Shown here one piece after another: positions 11,228 to 19,935 of a stretch of DNA of 64,000 nt. Made by a program: the position numbers and the translations under genes. The notes beneath the pieces were generated by a model. The model was not told where the DNA came from and did no database searches. It saw only the letters and a list, made by a program, of their open reading frames with translations. Within the stretch, counting starts at the first letter, position 1, and each line of letters starts with the position of its first letter. Origin of the DNA: Thermoproteota archaeon (GTDB lineage Archaea > Korarchaeota > Korarchaeia > Korarchaeales > Korarchaeaceae); contig JAOZFN010000009.1 of assembly GCA_027492205.1 (NCBI GenBank), positions 32,001-96,000 on the forward strand. Direction: 5' to 3'.

Positions 11228-13012
11228 ATGCCCGACGAGCGGGACCTGCCCTTCGGCGTCCTCGCCGAGTGCTACTACAGGCTGGAGTCGACGTCCGGCC
11301 GACTGGACATGATATCCCTCCTGAGGGATCTCCTTAGCAGGACCCCCCCCGACGTCATAGACAAGGTCGTCTACCTGACGCTGGGTCGGGTTGCCCCGGA
11401 GTTCGTCGACCTTGAGCTGGGGATAGGGGAGAAGCTGGCCCTCAGGGCCATCGCCATGGCCAGCGGCATGGCGGAGAGCAAGGTGGAGGCCAAGTACAAG
11501 GAGCTGGGCGACATCGGCCTAGTCGCGGAGTGGGCGATCCAGAACAGGAGCGTCCTGGCGTTTCTCAAGGAGGAGCTCACCGTCAACAGGGTCTTCAATG
11601 CCCTCGTCAAGATAGCCAAGACGTCCGGCCCGAGTTCTCAAGACATCAAGCTGAAGACCCTCTCAGGCCTTCTGGCGGATGCGGAGCCCCTGGAGGCAAG
11701 GTACATCATGAGAATCATAACGGAGAAGCTCAGGCTGGGCGTCAGGGACATGACGATCCTGGACGCGCTGGCAGAAGCCTTCCTAGGAGGCAGGCAGAGG
11801 AGGGAGATGCTCGAGAGGAAGTACAACACCTACCCCGACATCGGGAGGATAGCAAGGGTGCTCGCCGAGAAGGGCGAGGCTGGCCTGGAGGAGATAAAGG
11901 TCTCCCTAGGGGTCCCGATAAGGCCCATGCTCGCCCAGAGGCTCAGAGAGGCGTCGGAGATCCTCGAGAAGATGGGCAGCAGGTTCCTCGCGGAGATGAA
12001 GTACGACGGGGAGAGGATGCAGGTACACGTGTGGCCGGACGGGCGCGTGGAGATATTCTCCAGGAGGCTGGAGAACATCACCCACCCGTATCCGGACGTG
12101 AGGGAGGGCGTTCGAGAGGCCTTCAAGGGAGAGAGCGCGATACTAGATGGAGAGGGGGTGGCCTTCAACCCCGATACCGGCGAGCTGTACCCGTTCCAGG
12201 AGCTGATGCACCGCAGGCGGAAGTACGGCGTGGAGGAGATGATGGAGAAGTACCCGGTCGTGCTCTTCCTGTTCGATCTGCTCTACCTCAATGGCGAGGA
12301 GCTGATCGACAGGCCGCTGGAGGAGAGGCGGAGGCTTCTAGAGCACGTGATCGAGGAGAGCGACCGGATAAAGCTGGCCGAGGGCTGGCTCCAGGAGTGG
12401 ACCACCGAGGAGCTGGAGAAGAGGCTAGAGCTGGCCGTGGAGAGGGGCACCGAGGGGCTGATGATCAAGGACCCGGCCTCCAGGTACCAGGCGGGCGTCA
12501 GGGGCTGGAGCTGGGTGAAGTACAAGAGGAGCTACGTCAGCAAGATGGTCGAGCCCGTCGACCTGGTGGCGGTGGGCGGGTTCTGGGGGAGGGGGAAGAG
12601 GGCGGGAACCTACGGGGCCCTGCTCCTGGCGGTATACGACCCGGGGACCGACACGTTCAAGACCGTCTGCAAGATGGGCACCGGCTTCACCGACGAGCAG
12701 CTCGCCCAGCTCCCGGAGATCTTCAAGGAGTACGTGATAGAGCACAGGCACCCCAGCGTGGTCAGCAACATAGAGGCCGACGTCTGGTTCGTCCCGGCCA
12801 AGGTCCTGGAGGTCATAGGAGACGAGATCACGCTGAGCCCGGTGCACACCTGCGCCTGGGGGAAGGTGAAACCCGACGCCGGCCTGGCAATCAGGTTCCC
12901 GAGGTTCACCGGCAGGTGGAGAGACGACAAGTCGCCTCAAGACGCGACCACCGAGCAGGAGATAGTTGAGATGTACAGAGAGCAGCTAAGAATTATTTCA
13001 GAAAAGCGTTGA
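11228..13012 (+). CDS. lig: ATP-dependent DNA ligase
   Basis: PMLAQ, EMKYDGER adenylation motif, EGLMIK, WVKYK, RFPRF...RDDK. Confidence 0.97.
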   Translation: MPDERDLPFGVLAECYYRLESTSGRLDMISLLRDLLSRTPPDVIDKVVYLTLGRVAPEFVDLELGIGEKLALRAIAMASGMAESKVEAKYKELGDIGLVAEWAIQNRSVLAFLKEELTVNRVFNALVKIAKTSGPSSQDIKLKTLSGLLADAEPLEARYIMRIITEKLRLGVRDMTILDALAEAFLGGRQRREMLERKYNTYPDIGRIARVLAEKGEAGLEEIKVSLGVPIRPMLAQRLREASEILEKMGSRFLAEMKYDGERMQVHVWPDGRVEIFSRRLENITHPYPDVREGVREAFKGESAILDGEGVAFNPDTGELYPFQELMHRRRKYGVEEMMEKYPVVLFLFDLLYLNGEELIDRPLEERRRLLEHVIEESDRIKLAEGWLQEWTTEELEKRLELAVERGTEGLMIKDPASRYQAGVRGWSWVKYKRSYVSKMVEPVDLVAVGGFWGRGKRAGTYGALLLAVYDPGTDTFKTVCKMGTGFTDEQLAQLPEIFKEYVIEHRHPSVVSNIEADVWFVPAKVLEVIGDEITLSPVHTCAWGKVKPDAGLAIRFPRFTGRWRDDKSPQDATTEQEIVEMYREQLRIISEKR

Positions 13013-13020
13013 TTTTTTTT
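13013..13020 (+). terminator. Oligo-T terminator of the lig operon
   Basis: T8 tract immediately after the lig stop codon. Confidence 0.6.
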
Positions 13021-13079
13021 ATCATAATTATGGGAAGAGGGCATGTTGCTGGGAAGACCAGCACAAATTAAGCCTTGCG

Positions 13080-13235
13080 AAGGGCAATACCTTCGACAAC
13101 AGGAACTCCACGCCTCGGTCACCTGCCCCCAGGCCATCCCCATGTCTCTCCGGCCTGTGCCTGGCCCTCCCCACCTTCTCCACGACCTTGACGTAGAAGG
13201 CCTCCACCTCCTCCGGAGTGAACTCGACCGCCAAG
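13080..13235 (-). pseudogene. Possible Fic/Doc-like toxin remnant
   Basis: VEFTPEEVEAFYVKVVEKVG followed, after a frameshift, by GRRDMGM. Loosely resembles Doc N-termini; no intact HPFxDGNKR motif. Confidence 0.2.
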
Positions 13236-13358
13236 CCCCGAGGCCCTCCCGCGCCTGCCGGTAACCTTCGACATCTGCTGACGGCCTGCTTACAACGCAA
13301 GTCGGTAACGCACCGGGCCCTCATCCTTTTATGGTGGTGCCGCAGAGATCAATCAGGC

Positions 13359-13577
13359 ATGCCTGCCAAGGCAAAGGTGAGGCCCAACATCAGGGTGAGC
13401 TACGAGGGCAACCCGGAGGAGGACGACCTCACCCCAGAGGAGGTCGAGTCCCTCAAGGAGGCAATAATGGATGTCCTCATGGGCAGGACGATGAGCTTCA
13501 ACGAGCTTCTAGACGAGCTGGTGAGAGAGGGGAAGCTCACCGAGGAGGAGGCGGAGGAACTCAGGGAGCCCGAATAG
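13359..13577 (+). CDS. Small acidic antitoxin-like protein
   Basis: MPAKAK...EDDLTPEEVESLKEAIMDVLMGRTMSFNELL matches the LT.EE...I..G...S..EL pattern of archaeal RelB-type antitoxins. Confidence 0.55.
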   Translation: MPAKAKVRPNIRVSYEGNPEEDDLTPEEVESLKEAIMDVLMGRTMSFNELLDELVREGKLTEEEAEELREPE

Positions 13578-13787
13578 GATCGAGGGGATCCTGAACCCCA
13601 TTCCCCTGAACCCCCTCCTTCTGTGCCAGACGTCCGGGAGGTAGATGACCTTTTCCTCCCAACCGATCGCGTAGAAGACCCTGTAGGCCCTCCTGGGGCC
13701 GACCTTCAGCTCCCAGATCGGGGCCTCGACCCGACCCATGGGGGTATCCACGGGGAAGGAGCCCCTCAGCCTCTTCCCCGTCGTGGG
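13509..13787 (-). pseudogene. RelE/ParE-family toxin, C-terminal part (interrupted by IS607)
   Basis: PTTGKRLRG...IWELKVGPRRAYRVFYAI...KVIYL.DVWHR is a RelE fold C-terminus. Confidence 0.75.
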
Positions 13788-13848
13788 CTGCTACATGAAA
13801 TAAGACAAACAGCGCATTTATATTCGAGTGAGTTGTATGTAAAAGTGA

Positions 13849-14457
13849 ATGAAACACCTCTACCGCATCGGCCAGGCCGCAAAGCTGCTGGGCGTCAGCA
13901 CCACCACGCTCAGGCGCTGGATCTACGCTGGCAAGGTCAAGGCAGTCAGGACGCAGGGAGGTCACTTCAGGATACCCGAATCGGAGGTCAAGAGGCTGCT
14001 GGGCGGCGCGGAGGAAGTCAGGGCCGCGATATACGCCAGGGTGAGCAGCAGGGATCAGCTAGATGACTTGGATAGGCAGGTGGAGAGGCTCCAGGACTAC
14101 TGCTCCGCCAGGGGATACAGGGTGGTGGCCACGATAACGGATGTCGCCTCTGGCCTCAACGAAAACAGGAGAGGGCTGAACAGGCTCTTCAAGCTTGTGG
14201 TGAGTGGGGAGGTGGATGCGGTGGTCATCGCATACAGAGACAGGCTGACCAGGTTCGGCTTCCGCTACCTGGAGAGGCTGTTTCGCGGGTATGGCGCCAG
14301 GATAGATGTGGTGCTGGGAGAAACTCCCAGAGACGCCAGGCAGGAGCTTGTGGAAGATCTGATATCGATTGTCACATCATTCGCTGGCAGGCTCTATGAG
14401 ATGAGGAGCAGGAGGGCCAGGGAGGTGGCCAAGGCTGTCCGAGAGCTGTTCAGTTAG
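13849..14457 (+). CDS. tnpA: IS607 serine transposase
   Basis: YRIGQAAKLLGVSTTTLRRW HTH; IYARVSS catalytic Ser; DVASGLN; DRLTRFGF; ELVEDLISIVTSFAGRLY. Confidence 0.95.
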   Translation: MKHLYRIGQAAKLLGVSTTTLRRWIYAGKVKAVRTQGGHFRIPESEVKRLLGGAEEVRAAIYARVSSRDQLDDLDRQVERLQDYCSARGYRVVATITDVASGLNENRRGLNRLFKLVVSGEVDAVVIAYRDRLTRFGFRYLERLFRGYGARIDVVLGETPRDARQELVEDLISIVTSFAGRLYEMRSRRAREVAKAVRELFS

Positions 14458-15613
14458 GCTGACGGCGAACTTCAAACTCGACGGCCCTACGGAGCGGCTG
14501 GAGCCGCTGTTCTCCACCTACAAAGATCTGGTGCGGGAACTCCTGGACCACGCCGTAAAACGCAACGTGACCAGCTTCAAGAGACTGAAGTCAGAGAAGT
14601 ATCGCGAGTTGCGGGCAAAGTATCCAGATCTGCCCTCTCACTACGTTTACACGGCCTGTCAGATGGCTGCCAGCATCTACAGGTCCTTCAGGAAGCACAA
14701 GAGGCGAGGGAAAGTCAGGAAGGAGAGACCGAGATTCAGGGGCTCGGTGCTGATGCTGGACGACCACCTGTTCAGGCTAGATCTGGAGAGGTGGGAGGCG
14801 CGGATCTCAACTCCCAGGGGGAGGCTGGCATTCAGGCTGATGCACGGAGACTACCACGAGAGGTTCAAGAGCGCCAAGGTAGGCCAGGCCTGGATAGTTC
14901 GCAGGGGCGATGAATACTACCTCAAGGCGGTCTTCCGGTTTGACGTGGAGCTAAGGGAACTGGATGGCTGCATCTTGGGCGTGGATGTCAACGAGAACAA
15001 CGTCACCGTGGCCTGGGACTCTGGGGCCGAGCGTGTGAAGACGGGAGAGCGCTCGATAAGGACGGCCTACTTCCTCAAGCGCAGGCGCATACAGTCCGCC
15101 CTAAAGGCTGGGGAGACGAGGGAGAGGCTCCTTGTCAAATACCGCGAGCGGGAGCGCAACCGCATAGCCGACCTCTACCACAAGTTGGCGCTTCAGATAG
15201 TCGAGAGAGCAATCGAGATCGGAGCCTCTGTGGTTGCGATGGAGGATCTAAAAGGAATCAGGAGAAGGATTCGCTACTCCCGGGCAATGAACGGGAGGCT
15301 GCACAGGTGGAGCTTCCGCAGGTTTCAGCAGATACTTGAGTACAAGGCCAGGCTTGCGGGGTTAAATGTCATATACGTGAACCCGAGGGGCACGTCCAGG
15401 CGGTGCCCGATATGTGGGGGCAAGCTGAGCCCGAATGGGCACCGCAGGCTCAAGTGCCCCAGATGTGGATTCGAGGGCGACCGAGACGTCGTGGGAGCCC
15501 TCAACGTGATGAAGAGGGCACGCGAGATGTGGGGAGCATCCGTTCCCCCCGAAGGCCCCCGTGTGAAGCCCCTGGCGGCGGACGGGGGAAGGCCCTCGCA
15601 TCATTTGATCTGA
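14435..15613 (+). CDS. tnpB: RNA-guided endonuclease TnpB
   Basis: RuvC residues GVDVN, MEDL and DRDVVGALN intact; CPICG/CPRCG zinc finger. Frame is open from CTG 14435, which follows GGAGGTG (track start is GTG 14531). Confidence 0.92.
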   Translation: MSESCSVRLTANFKLDGPTERLEPLFSTYKDLVRELLDHAVKRNVTSFKRLKSEKYRELRAKYPDLPSHYVYTACQMAASIYRSFRKHKRRGKVRKERPRFRGSVLMLDDHLFRLDLERWEARISTPRGRLAFRLMHGDYHERFKSAKVGQAWIVRRGDEYYLKAVFRFDVELRELDGCILGVDVNENNVTVAWDSGAERVKTGERSIRTAYFLKRRRIQSALKAGETRERLLVKYRERERNRIADLYHKLALQIVERAIEIGASVVAMEDLKGIRRRIRYSRAMNGRLHRWSFRRFQQILEYKARLAGLNVIYVNPRGTSRRCPICGGKLSPNGHRRLKCPRCGFEGDRDVVGALNVMKRAREMWGASVPPEGPRVKPLAADGGRPSHHLI

Positions 15614-15655
15614 ATGTATGCAAGGGTTAGAACGGTCCCGCTCGAGTCCAGACTC
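15500..15655 (+). ncRNA. Putative TnpB omega/reRNA (scaffold overlapping tnpB 3' end plus flanking guide)
   Basis: Hairpin-rich GTGGGGAGCATCCGTTCCCCCCGAAGGCCCCC...GGGGGAAGGCCC at the element right end, where TnpB RNAs are known to lie. Boundaries are estimates. Confidence 0.5.
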
Positions 15656-15745
15656 CCTGACGTCCCTCAGGATCTCCCTGACCACTGGCGGGTCGAGCTT
15701 TCCGAGCCTCTTGCAGAACCTCGACGTGGGGACGAGCCTCCACAT
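15635..15745 (-). pseudogene. RelE/ParE-family toxin, N-terminal part
   Basis: ATG 15745 after GGAGG: MWRLVPTSRFCKRLGKLDPPVVREILRDVRESGLERD, typical RelE beta1-alpha1-alpha2. Confidence 0.75.
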
Positions 15746-15859
15746 GCCAGACGCGCTCCTCCACGTCGTCTCGTCTTTTAAATAGGGATGTGCTCTTTTC
15801 CACTCTGAGGCCTCCCAAACCTCGCGCGTTACGCGTAACGCCCGGATCGTGGAGCTGGC

Positions 15860-16410
15860 CAGCCTCCCGACCTCTAAGAGCCGGAGGGTCGCTAAAAACC
15901 GCCTAGGAACAGGGTCCACGAGCGCGAGCTGGGCCGTCTAGGTCTTGCTGGCCCCCTTGTTCCCTATAAAGCCTATGCAGGCGGCTTCCCCTGGCGAGGA
16001 TCTGCTCTGGGTAGCTCAGCCCTCCTCGGGACTATGCTCAACTCTCCTCAGGGCCTTCTCGATCTCGCTCTTAGGCGGGCTGACGCGCGTCCTGACTATG
16101 CCCACGGCCTCCCTGAGGACAACGGGGGCGCGCTCTCTGACGGTCTAGCCATCTCCTCGTTCTCCCTGCGCTCTAAGTACCTCTTCTCTCCCTCGAGCCT
16201 GAGACCTTAGCCAGTCAGCGCGCGAAGGGTTCGCGGATCTCCTCCAATAAGCAAGCATACGACGCAAGCTTATAGGTCTCGGAGAGTGACCCCACGCCGA
16301 TCTCGGCATTAATCTCGATTCTCGTGGTTCTCATGTAGAGTTCGCAGGCGCTTACAATCTCTCTAATGCTCTTTGGGATGGACTCAAACGCCGCTTTATC
16401 GCCAGAGCCC
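15860..16410 (-). pseudogene. Decayed UPF0175-like antitoxin / DUF3368-like PIN toxin pair
   Basis: Fragments across frames with stops: GVGSLSETYKLA...EEIRE (antitoxin-like), then SPGEAACIG and FLATLRLLE (PIN GEA..I and GTL..L-like). Confidence 0.3.
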
Positions 16411-16465
16411 GCTCATCAGCCCAGGGAGCGGGACCTTCCCTAAGAGAGTTTATCGCGCGATGGGA

Positions 16466-17257
16466 CTAGTCAGGAGAGTCGGGAGGCTGCCTGTAATACC
16501 TCAGCCTCTGTAGGTGGTAGTCCCTGATAACCTGCCTGGCCGCCTCCGTAAGGTTGGGCTCTCCAGTGCTGGAGAATGTGAGGTTCCTCCTCCTAGCGAT
16601 CTCGGTCAAGACCTCCACAGGGTCTCCCTCCTCAACCCCGTAGACCCTGGACACCTCCCCGGGCAGCCTCCTCATGACGTCCCCCAGGAGGGCTGCGGCG
16701 GCCTCGACTGGATTCTCGAGGGCCTCCGGCTTGGCGCCCCTGAGGACCATCTCCAGGGGTGCTCCCTCGGGGGGGAGTATCCCGGGGGAGTCCACGAGAT
16801 AGAGGCCGCCTTCAACCCTGAACAGCTGGAAGTGCCTCGTGTATCCCGAGCTTCCGGGAACGGCGCTGACGCTGGCCGAGCGCCTTCCCTTTAGAACGTT
16901 GATTATGGAGCTCTTTCCGACCTTTGGAAAGCCGACCACCAGTATCCTTGAGGGCCTCTCGGTCGCGATCCTCCTCAGCTCCCTTCTCAGCCTCAGCGTG
17001 CCCAGCCTCTTTGTGGCGCTCGTGGTAAGGACGCTGAGGCCCTCGGCCCTGAACGCATTCACCCACCCCCAGAGTACTTCTTCCGGCACGAGGTCCGACT
17101 TGTTTACCACGACCAAGAGCCTCCTGCCTGCGTCGGAGACAAGCTCCTCAAGTCTTCCGTGTCTGGTCACGTCCGGCGCCCTCGCGTCCGTCACCTCAAT
17201 CACTATGTGGACGTCGCCCAGCATTCTCCTGATGTCCCTCAGCGTGGCGACCCTCAT
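16466..17257 (-). CDS. Circularly permuted GTPase, RbgA/YlqF family
   Basis: DAR-P, NKSD (G4) before GFPKVGKSS (G1), GYT (G2), DSPG (G3). Confidence 0.9.
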   Translation of the reverse strand: MRVATLRDIRRMLGDVHIVIEVTDARAPDVTRHGRLEELVSDAGRRLLVVVNKSDLVPEEVLWGWVNAFRAEGLSVLTTSATKRLGTLRLRRELRRIATERPSRILVVGFPKVGKSSIINVLKGRRSASVSAVPGSSGYTRHFQLFRVEGGLYLVDSPGILPPEGAPLEMVLRGAKPEALENPVEAAAALLGDVMRRLPGEVSRVYGVEEGDPVEVLTEIARRRNLTFSSTGEPNLTEAARQVIRDYHLQRLRYYRQPPDSPD

Positions 17258-17683
17258 CCGGCATCACGTTCCCCTCGTCCCCACCGTTCAGGCGGCTCTG
17301 GCGTTCCGATCGTTTGAGGAACCTTCTCCAAACCAAAAAAGTGAAGTGCCCGCCGGTTAAAGCGGCGGGAGAGGAAACGGTTGGATCACCCCTTGGGGAT
17401 CGTTGCCAACAGTCGCCGGAGACCTGACGCCGCGCTCTCTAAGAGCCGTCGCAGTTCGCCGAAGATCCACAGCGCGAGGAGAGCACCTTCTCCAGAATTC
17501 TCTCTAAGGTTCCGAAGAATCGCGGCGGTGCTAGTTTGACCCCTGAGACGTGCCCTGCGGAGTCCTTTGCCATCAGGGTAATAGAATGCCTCCCCTTGGT
17601 CAGGTTAACAGTCACGACGCTCCCGTTGCCCACTGCGGCGGTACGGTCTTAAGCAGGTCAGTGATGCGGCCCCTTCGATGTAG

Positions 17684-18298
17684 ATGGTGAGCTTTCCCTC
17701 GAGTCTGGATGAGATAGGGAGGCTGATCGCATCGTGCACGCTATGCGACCTACACATGTTTAGGAAGAACCCCGTGCCGGGGGAAGGCAGTCCCGACGCG
17801 GACCTGATGCTGATAGGGGAGGCCCCCGGGCGGACGGAGGATGAGACGGGCAGGCCGTTCGTGGGGTCGGCCGGAAAGATCCTCGATGAGGCCCTGGCCA
17901 AGGCCGGCCTCTCCAGAGAGGTCGTCTACATCACGAACGTGGTGAAGTGCCGTCCCCCCAACAACAGGGACCCGAGGCCGGAGGAGGTGCGGGCCTGCTC
18001 CCCCTACCTTGAGGCGCAGGTGAGGATTATATCCCCCAGGGTGATCCTGACGCTGGGGAGGCACAGCACGGGCCTCGTGTTCTCCTGGGCGGGCCTGCCC
18101 TTCAGGTCCATCATGGCGGTCAGGGGGAGAGCCCGTCGAGTGGAGGTGCTGGGTCTCCGGGTGACGGTGGTTCCCACCGTCCACCCGGCCGCATGCCTCT
18201 ACAACCCAAAGCTGAGACCCCTCCTCGAGGAGGACGTGAAGCTGGCCTCCCGGTTGTCGCGGGGAATGGGACTTGAGGGATCGCTTGAGCTGGAGTGA
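17684..18298 (+). CDS. udg: Family 4 uracil-DNA glycosylase (Fe-S)
   Basis: CxxC, GEAPG..ED..GRPFVG, NVVKCRPPNNRDP, HPAACLY. Confidence 0.93.
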   Translation: MVSFPSSLDEIGRLIASCTLCDLHMFRKNPVPGEGSPDADLMLIGEAPGRTEDETGRPFVGSAGKILDEALAKAGLSREVVYITNVVKCRPPNNRDPRPEEVRACSPYLEAQVRIISPRVILTLGRHSTGLVFSWAGLPFRSIMAVRGRARRVEVLGLRVTVVPTVHPAACLYNPKLRPLLEEDVKLASRLSRGMGLEGSLELE

Positions 18299-19688
18299 GC
18301 TGTACACGCTGATGGAGCGCGTCGAGGGCACCTACCGGTCCCTCGACATCAGGCTGCTCGCCTCTAGGCGCGGGTCTCTCCTTGAGCTCGTGACGGGCAG
18401 GGTGCTCCCCCTCCCCACCAGGAGGGCGAGGAAGAGGGAGAAGGTCCGGTTAGGGGGCTCCCTCGTCCTCGTCAGGGAGGTGACCGAACCCGACACTCTC
18501 GAGGGTCTCATGGAATCCGCCTCCTCCGGACAGGTGAGCGTGGCGGGCGCGAGGGTGAACCTCAGGCCCATAGAGGCGACCGTGTCTGAGAGGCCCCCGT
18601 GGCTGCAGGCCGTTGTGTGGGCGTTTCCATTCCCACTGGTGGTGGGGGAGCTGGCCAACTCGACGAGACCCCCAAACGAGATCGGGCCTGTGGTCCTGGA
18701 CGGTAGGGCCTACGAGGACCTCGACGCCCTAGTGAGGCAGGAGGTCATAATCCCGGAGGGGGTCGCGGCGTGGCGGCCCGGTCGCGGGTACCTCAGGTTC
18801 CTGCTCCCCATCTACGCCGGGATCACCGACGTCAAGCTCTCTGGGAGGGACGCGATAGTGACGGTGATACACCACGAGGACCTCTCTGGCAGGATATCGC
18901 TTCTCCCTGCAGTGAGGGGCGAAAGTCCGGGTGATTGCGGGGGAGCGGGGCTGAAGGAGGTTGCCAAGGCCGGTTCGCTGGTGAGGTCGAGGGCGCGCCT
19001 GCGCCTCTCTGGGTCGGTTGGTGGGTCGGCCGTGCTCACCCTTGACGGGGCGCCGGTGGACGAGGTCCCACTGGTACCTCGGAGAATACTCACCGGGGCC
19101 AGGATGGCCGTCTACAGCCACTTCGATCGCGGGCTCAGGAGGCTGAGGACCTGGCTGAGGCAGACTGACAGGATGGACGGCAGGAACTTTGAGTTTGCCG
19201 TGTTCTCCCTGCTCTACGTCCTTGGATTCGATCCCGTCTGGCTGGGGTACATGCCGTCCGACTCCCCAGACGTCGTGGCCGTCTCAGGAGACAGGGCCAT
19301 TCTGGTGGAGTGCACGGTGGCCCCGCCCAAGCCGGAGAAGGTGGCCATACTCGGCTCGAGGGCTGAAGATCTGGCCTACGCCACCGGCCTAAAGGTGGTG
19401 CCGGTCCTCTTCTTCGTGGGGAGAAGGAGCGAGCTGGATTCCGAGGTGATCGAGGAGGCCGAAGCCTCTGGGGTCCTGCTGGCGGACTCCCCCGTCATGG
19501 AGACGCTCCTGAAGGTGGCCTCCACTGGAGGGGGCGTGGAGAGGGCTCTGGAGGTCCTGCGACTGGGACTGGACTCTTATCCGACCTACAGGGCTTCAAA
19601 GCGGGAGATAGCCTGGGAGTGGCTCAGGGACGACGTGATGCCCGAGGTCCGAATTCTTCTCAGGGGACCTAGCCGCCGCCAAGCATGA
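18273..19688 (+). CDS. Hypothetical protein with C-terminal PD-(D/E)XK-like nuclease domain
   Basis: FEFAVFSLLYVLGF...SPDVVA...ILVECT resembles Mrr/restriction endonuclease-like cores. Confidence 0.55.
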   Translation: MRDRLSWSELYTLMERVEGTYRSLDIRLLASRRGSLLELVTGRVLPLPTRRARKREKVRLGGSLVLVREVTEPDTLEGLMESASSGQVSVAGARVNLRPIEATVSERPPWLQAVVWAFPFPLVVGELANSTRPPNEIGPVVLDGRAYEDLDALVRQEVIIPEGVAAWRPGRGYLRFLLPIYAGITDVKLSGRDAIVTVIHHEDLSGRISLLPAVRGESPGDCGGAGLKEVAKAGSLVRSRARLRLSGSVGGSAVLTLDGAPVDEVPLVPRRILTGARMAVYSHFDRGLRRLRTWLRQTDRMDGRNFEFAVFSLLYVLGFDPVWLGYMPSDSPDVVAVSGDRAILVECTVAPPKPEKVAILGSRAEDLAYATGLKVVPVLFFVGRRSELDSEVIEEAEASGVLLADSPVMETLLKVASTGGGVERALEVLRLGLDSYPTYRASKREIAWEWLRDDVMPEVRILLRGPSRRQA

Positions 19689-19935
19689 GGGATCCCCGAA
19701 GCACCTCCAGCGCTTCCGAGTCCCCCTCTGCGAGCACCTCTGTCCTCTCCATCACTATGGATCCGATCCTCCTCTCTCCGAGCGCCCTCAACCTCACCTC
19801 CACTCCTGGGCCCTCGATACTCACCTCGACGTCGAGGCCCGCTTCTAGGAGCTTGGAGACAACCCTCTTAACCGCCTCAGCCAGCGGCAGGGAGTACTCT
19901 CCGGAGAGGCGAGCCAGCTCCCTCAAGCTAGACAC
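19669..19935 (-). CDS. Small hypothetical protein
   Basis: ORF coupled to the amzA stop; GTG 19935 preferred as start. Confidence 0.5.
   Translation of the reverse strand: MSSLRELARLSGEYSLPLAEAVKRVVSKLLEAGLDVEVSIEGPGVEVRLRALGERRIGSIVMERTEVLAEGDSEALEVLRGSLMLGGG

Larger units (their letters stand above)
13786..15635 (+). mobile_element. IS607-family insertion sequence (tnpA + tnpB)
   Basis: MerR-HTH serine recombinase plus TnpB; no terminal inverted repeats; GG at both junctions (TCGTGGG/CTGCTAC ... AGAACGG/TCCCG); flanks are two halves of one toxin gene. The right end could alternatively be CAAGG at 15625. Confidence 0.9.

Noticed and set aside
11530-12969. 479-aa alternative-frame ORF inside lig
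   Set aside because: Arg/Gly-rich off-frame product expected from biased codon usage.
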